Positions 16,499-19,098 of a stretch of 19,098 nucleotides of DNA are shown here, in pieces. Each line of letters begins with the position of its first letter. The first letter of the stretch is position 1. Below the pieces are notes generated by a model, which did no database searches, was not told the DNA's origin, and was given only the letters and a program-made list of their open reading frames with translations. Location: assembly GCA_041640035.1 (NCBI GenBank), contig JBEQBC010000012.1:1-19098 (forward strand), given 5' to 3'. This DNA is from Candidatus Nanohaloarchaea archaeon (GTDB lineage: Archaea; Nanohalarchaeota; Nanosalinia; Nanosalinales; Nanosalinaceae). Made by a program: the position numbers and the translations under genes.

Positions 16499-18898
16499 CT
16501 ATCCAAATCTTCCGAGGCCACTCTGTGTGGCCTCGCCTTTCAACCTGTTTTCTGAATATCCGAATTCTTTGAGAACTCTGTAAGCCACCGGAACTATCTG
16601 ATTATCGATGTAGTAGTTCGGATCGTAGTTTTCCGCGTACTTGAGGAGCTCAGCTCTATTTGAAATATTTCCAGTACCCTGTGTTATAACATATGCCACT
16701 GTTGTCTCTGCTTCTATATTATCTCCTCTTTCCTTCGCTTTCTTAACGGCTTCGACATGCGGAGCCGTGGATCCGTACTCCTCAGGCGGCTTGGTAAGTG
16801 TAGTATATATCTTGAGCTGTTCAGTATCCACTTCGCCCTCTTTCAGTCTTTCAACCGTTTCTATCACGGTTTCCAGAGCTGATTCGATATCGTTTTCGAG
16901 CACCTTTCTCAAAACCTCCTTCTGTGTCTGCTTGGCGAGAGGGCACCAGTCCCGCCTTACCTGTTCAAAGCCTGTGATCTTCAGGCCACCTTCTTCATCC
17001 ATTAATGCGTACTTCTTTTTCGCTCCTTCACCTGACTCCGTGGATGTGAAGAAACCTCTTTTGAAGAAGCCCTCGAACTCCAGTTCCATAAACTCAGGAA
17101 GTTCGCTGTTAACTTCTTCAAGAAAACTATCTATATTTTCCCTGATGTTATCTTTCTGAAGGAAGACCGAGTCTGTATCACCGTATACAACCTCGAAACC
17201 TTCTTCCTCCGCTGTCTCTATCGTGTCTTCGATATATTTTCTTCCCATATAGGTTGTGGCTTCTGCTGATTCTCTTGAGTACCATCTAGCACCGTTGTAG
17301 CCTAGATAGCCGTAGAAAGAGTTTGCAAGTATCTTCTTAGCCTGTTGCTCACTGTAAAGCGCCTGGTAATCACCGCTTCCTTCCTCCTTTTCCCTCATCT
17401 TTTCTTTTATCTTGTATCTGTCTTCGACCAGGTTCTTGACCAGTTCCGGGAAGAATCCTTCTTCGTCCTGGCAGAAACTATAGTCGAACTTCTCCATCTC
17501 GAAGCTTTCATTACAGTCATCGATATTCAAGGTGTCCGGAGAGATGTTATGCGCAACAATCACGGTCGGATAAAGCGACCGAAAGTCCAGAGTGACAAGG
17601 TCTTCGTAAAGCCCCGCATCCGGCGTATATACAAAACCTCCACTGTAAGCACCCTGCCGCTGTCTCTTCCTTCTCTTGTCCTGACTTGGCCGGTTTTCTA
17701 CCAGTATATCTCTTTCGTATGCCTCTCTTATCAAGTAGTTCTCTGTGAGCTGTCCGTAGGTCAGTCTACATGCATCGAAAGGTGTCAGTCCGGTTATCCT
17801 TGCCAGCTCCATTATCTGTGGGACAATCTGTTCTCCGAGTCGGTAGGTTAGTTCTGAGTCCTTCAGGGCGTAGTCAGCGAACTCTTCTAGGTTTTCTTTG
17901 TTCTCCCAGTTCTGTTTCATCTCTTCCCAGGACATCTCGTCCTTGTTCTCGCCGAGAAGTTCTTCCGCGACCGAGTCCAGATCCAGTGTTTCAGAGTCCA
18001 TTCCCTGACCTAGTACATGTGAGACGAACGCATAGAGGTCGAGATGTGGACGGCCTTTGAGTCTGGCGCCCGCGAACCGTCCTCTGCGGTTGAATTTCAT
18101 CCGTTCTCCGTTCCTGCTGATCGCAAGGGTGAGGCCGAGCTCTTCTGCTCTTTCTCTGAGTATCTGGAAGTCGTACTCATCTGTGTTGTATCCTAGTACT
18201 GTGTCGAAATCGTTTTCATTAATGTACTCCATGAATCCTTCCAGAAGAGCTTCTTCGTCTTCGAAGACCTCTACGAACTCTCTTTCTATCTCTTCAGTTG
18301 TGAAAACTTTTTTATCGTTCTCTGTACACAGGGAAGCCATTATTACTTTGTCGTCGTAGACTTCAAGATCGAACGCTACTTTATCAAGATCACTTGTTTC
18401 CTTCGACTCTTTACTCCATTCTTCGACTCTGTAGCTTTCCTCAAAGTTCTCATCTTTTGTTTCTTCTCCTTTGAAGCTGTAGTATTCTCCTACTCTGAGG
18501 TCTTTGTCGATCATGTAACGCCGGTAGAACGGGATATCGAACTCTCTGCATTCATCTATCTCTTCTATGTCCCAGAGCTGGTTCTTCAGTTTCGGTACAT
18601 TTGGAGGTACCGTGGTTTGTACGCGGATGACTTCTTTTTTCTCTCTTCCCATTTTCTTCTCTTGTATCTGTACATCGGTTACCTCAAGTGGTTCTCCATC
18701 GTCCTCGAACTTTGTTTCTTCTATTTCCTGTTTCAGTTCTTCCGGCTTCTCTTCTTCAGAAGGTACTGCGTAGAGGTATGGCCGGAAATCTTGATCCACT
18801 AGTTTAACAGGTTCTCCGGCTTCTGTTTTTCCGAATATTCTGACCTCTACCTGGTCTTCCTGTGTTCTGTAGTCGAGGTCTAGGATTTGTATCTTCAC
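16499..18898 (-). CDS. polB: DNA polymerase family B (archaeal B3 type), GTG start, no intein
   Basis: Exo motifs FDLE, GYNTDEYDF and YALKD. Polymerase motifs LDFRSLYPT, KILANSFYGY, YGDTDS, KKKYA and VRRDW. C-terminal PIP-box-like QSGLGRF. Confidence 0.98.
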   Translation of the reverse strand: MKIQILDLDYRTQEDQVEVRIFGKTEAGEPVKLVDQDFRPYLYAVPSEEEKPEELKQEIEETKFEDDGEPLEVTDVQIQEKKMGREKKEVIRVQTTVPPNVPKLKNQLWDIEEIDECREFDIPFYRRYMIDKDLRVGEYYSFKGEETKDENFEESYRVEEWSKESKETSDLDKVAFDLEVYDDKVIMASLCTENDKKVFTTEEIEREFVEVFEDEEALLEGFMEYINENDFDTVLGYNTDEYDFQILRERAEELGLTLAISRNGERMKFNRRGRFAGARLKGRPHLDLYAFVSHVLGQGMDSETLDLDSVAEELLGENKDEMSWEEMKQNWENKENLEEFADYALKDSELTYRLGEQIVPQIMELARITGLTPFDACRLTYGQLTENYLIREAYERDILVENRPSQDKRRKRQRQGAYSGGFVYTPDAGLYEDLVTLDFRSLYPTVIVAHNISPDTLNIDDCNESFEMEKFDYSFCQDEEGFFPELVKNLVEDRYKIKEKMREKEEGSGDYQALYSEQQAKKILANSFYGYLGYNGARWYSRESAEATTYMGRKYIEDTIETAEEEGFEVVYGDTDSVFLQKDNIRENIDSFLEEVNSELPEFMELEFEGFFKRGFFTSTESGEGAKKKYALMDEEGGLKITGFEQVRRDWCPLAKQTQKEVLRKVLENDIESALETVIETVERLKEGEVDTEQLKIYTTLTKPPEEYGSTAPHVEAVKKAKERGDNIEAETTVAYVITQGTGNISNRAELLKYAENYDPNYYIDNQIVPVAYRVLKEFGYSENRLKGEATQSGLGRFG

Positions 18899-19015
18899 AA
18901 TTTTCTTGTTTGTTATCTGAATGTTAAGAAACCGGTAGAGAGATAGTTAGATGTTTTTAGAGGGTTGATTGTTACAGAGGATTACAATGGTATTTATACA
19001 TGGAGAAAACAGGTT

Positions 19016-19030
19016 ATCTCACTGTGAGAT
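19016..19030. repeat. Inverted repeat upstream of polB
   Basis: ATCTCAC-T-GTGAGAT has perfect 7-bp arms around one base. Confidence 0.7.
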
Positions 19031-19098
19031 GGTAGACCGGTTCTGGTAATTTACCTTTCACGAACTTGATTATTCTGACGGTTTGAAACTGTATTCGG

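Noticed and set aside
16641-18802. Plus-strand ORFs inside polB, and similar antisense ORFs within mae, acdAB, the pdh genes and lpdA
   Set aside because: They overlap confidently identified genes, have shadow-like composition and show no motifs.
16499-18898. Intein in, or inactivation of, polB
   Set aside because: The length is 799 aa with contiguous, intact catalytic motifs.
18987-19049. 20-codon ORF MVFIHGENRLSHCEMVDRFW
   Set aside because: It is too short, and neither its composition nor any clear initiation signal supports it.

Overview
Gene-dense archaeal chromosomal segment with moderate GC and a strongly Glu/Asp-rich (salt-in) proteome. It most resembles a Nanohaloarchaeota/DPANN genome (inference). 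In order it holds: a small Cas2/VapD-like ORF coupled to cdc48; a C2H2-zinc-finger/TM/DsbA fusion followed by a CGGC membrane protein; type II methionine aminopeptidase; an acidic hypothetical; a fermentative cluster (malic enzyme, DUF5995 protein, ADP-forming acetyl-CoA synthetase, a basic secreted protein, and a pdhA-pdhB-orfX-pdhC-lpdA operon); a second C2H2/TM/DsbA paralogue; and a family B DNA polymerase. No rRNA, tRNA, CRISPR array, mobile element or intein was seen. The main leads are the paired zinc-finger DsbA proteins with Cys-motif membrane proteins (a possible trans-membrane thiol-redox system), the membrane protein embedded in the PDH operon, and the stand-alone Cas2-like gene coupled to cdc48. 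All family calls come from motif recognition by eye, not database searches.
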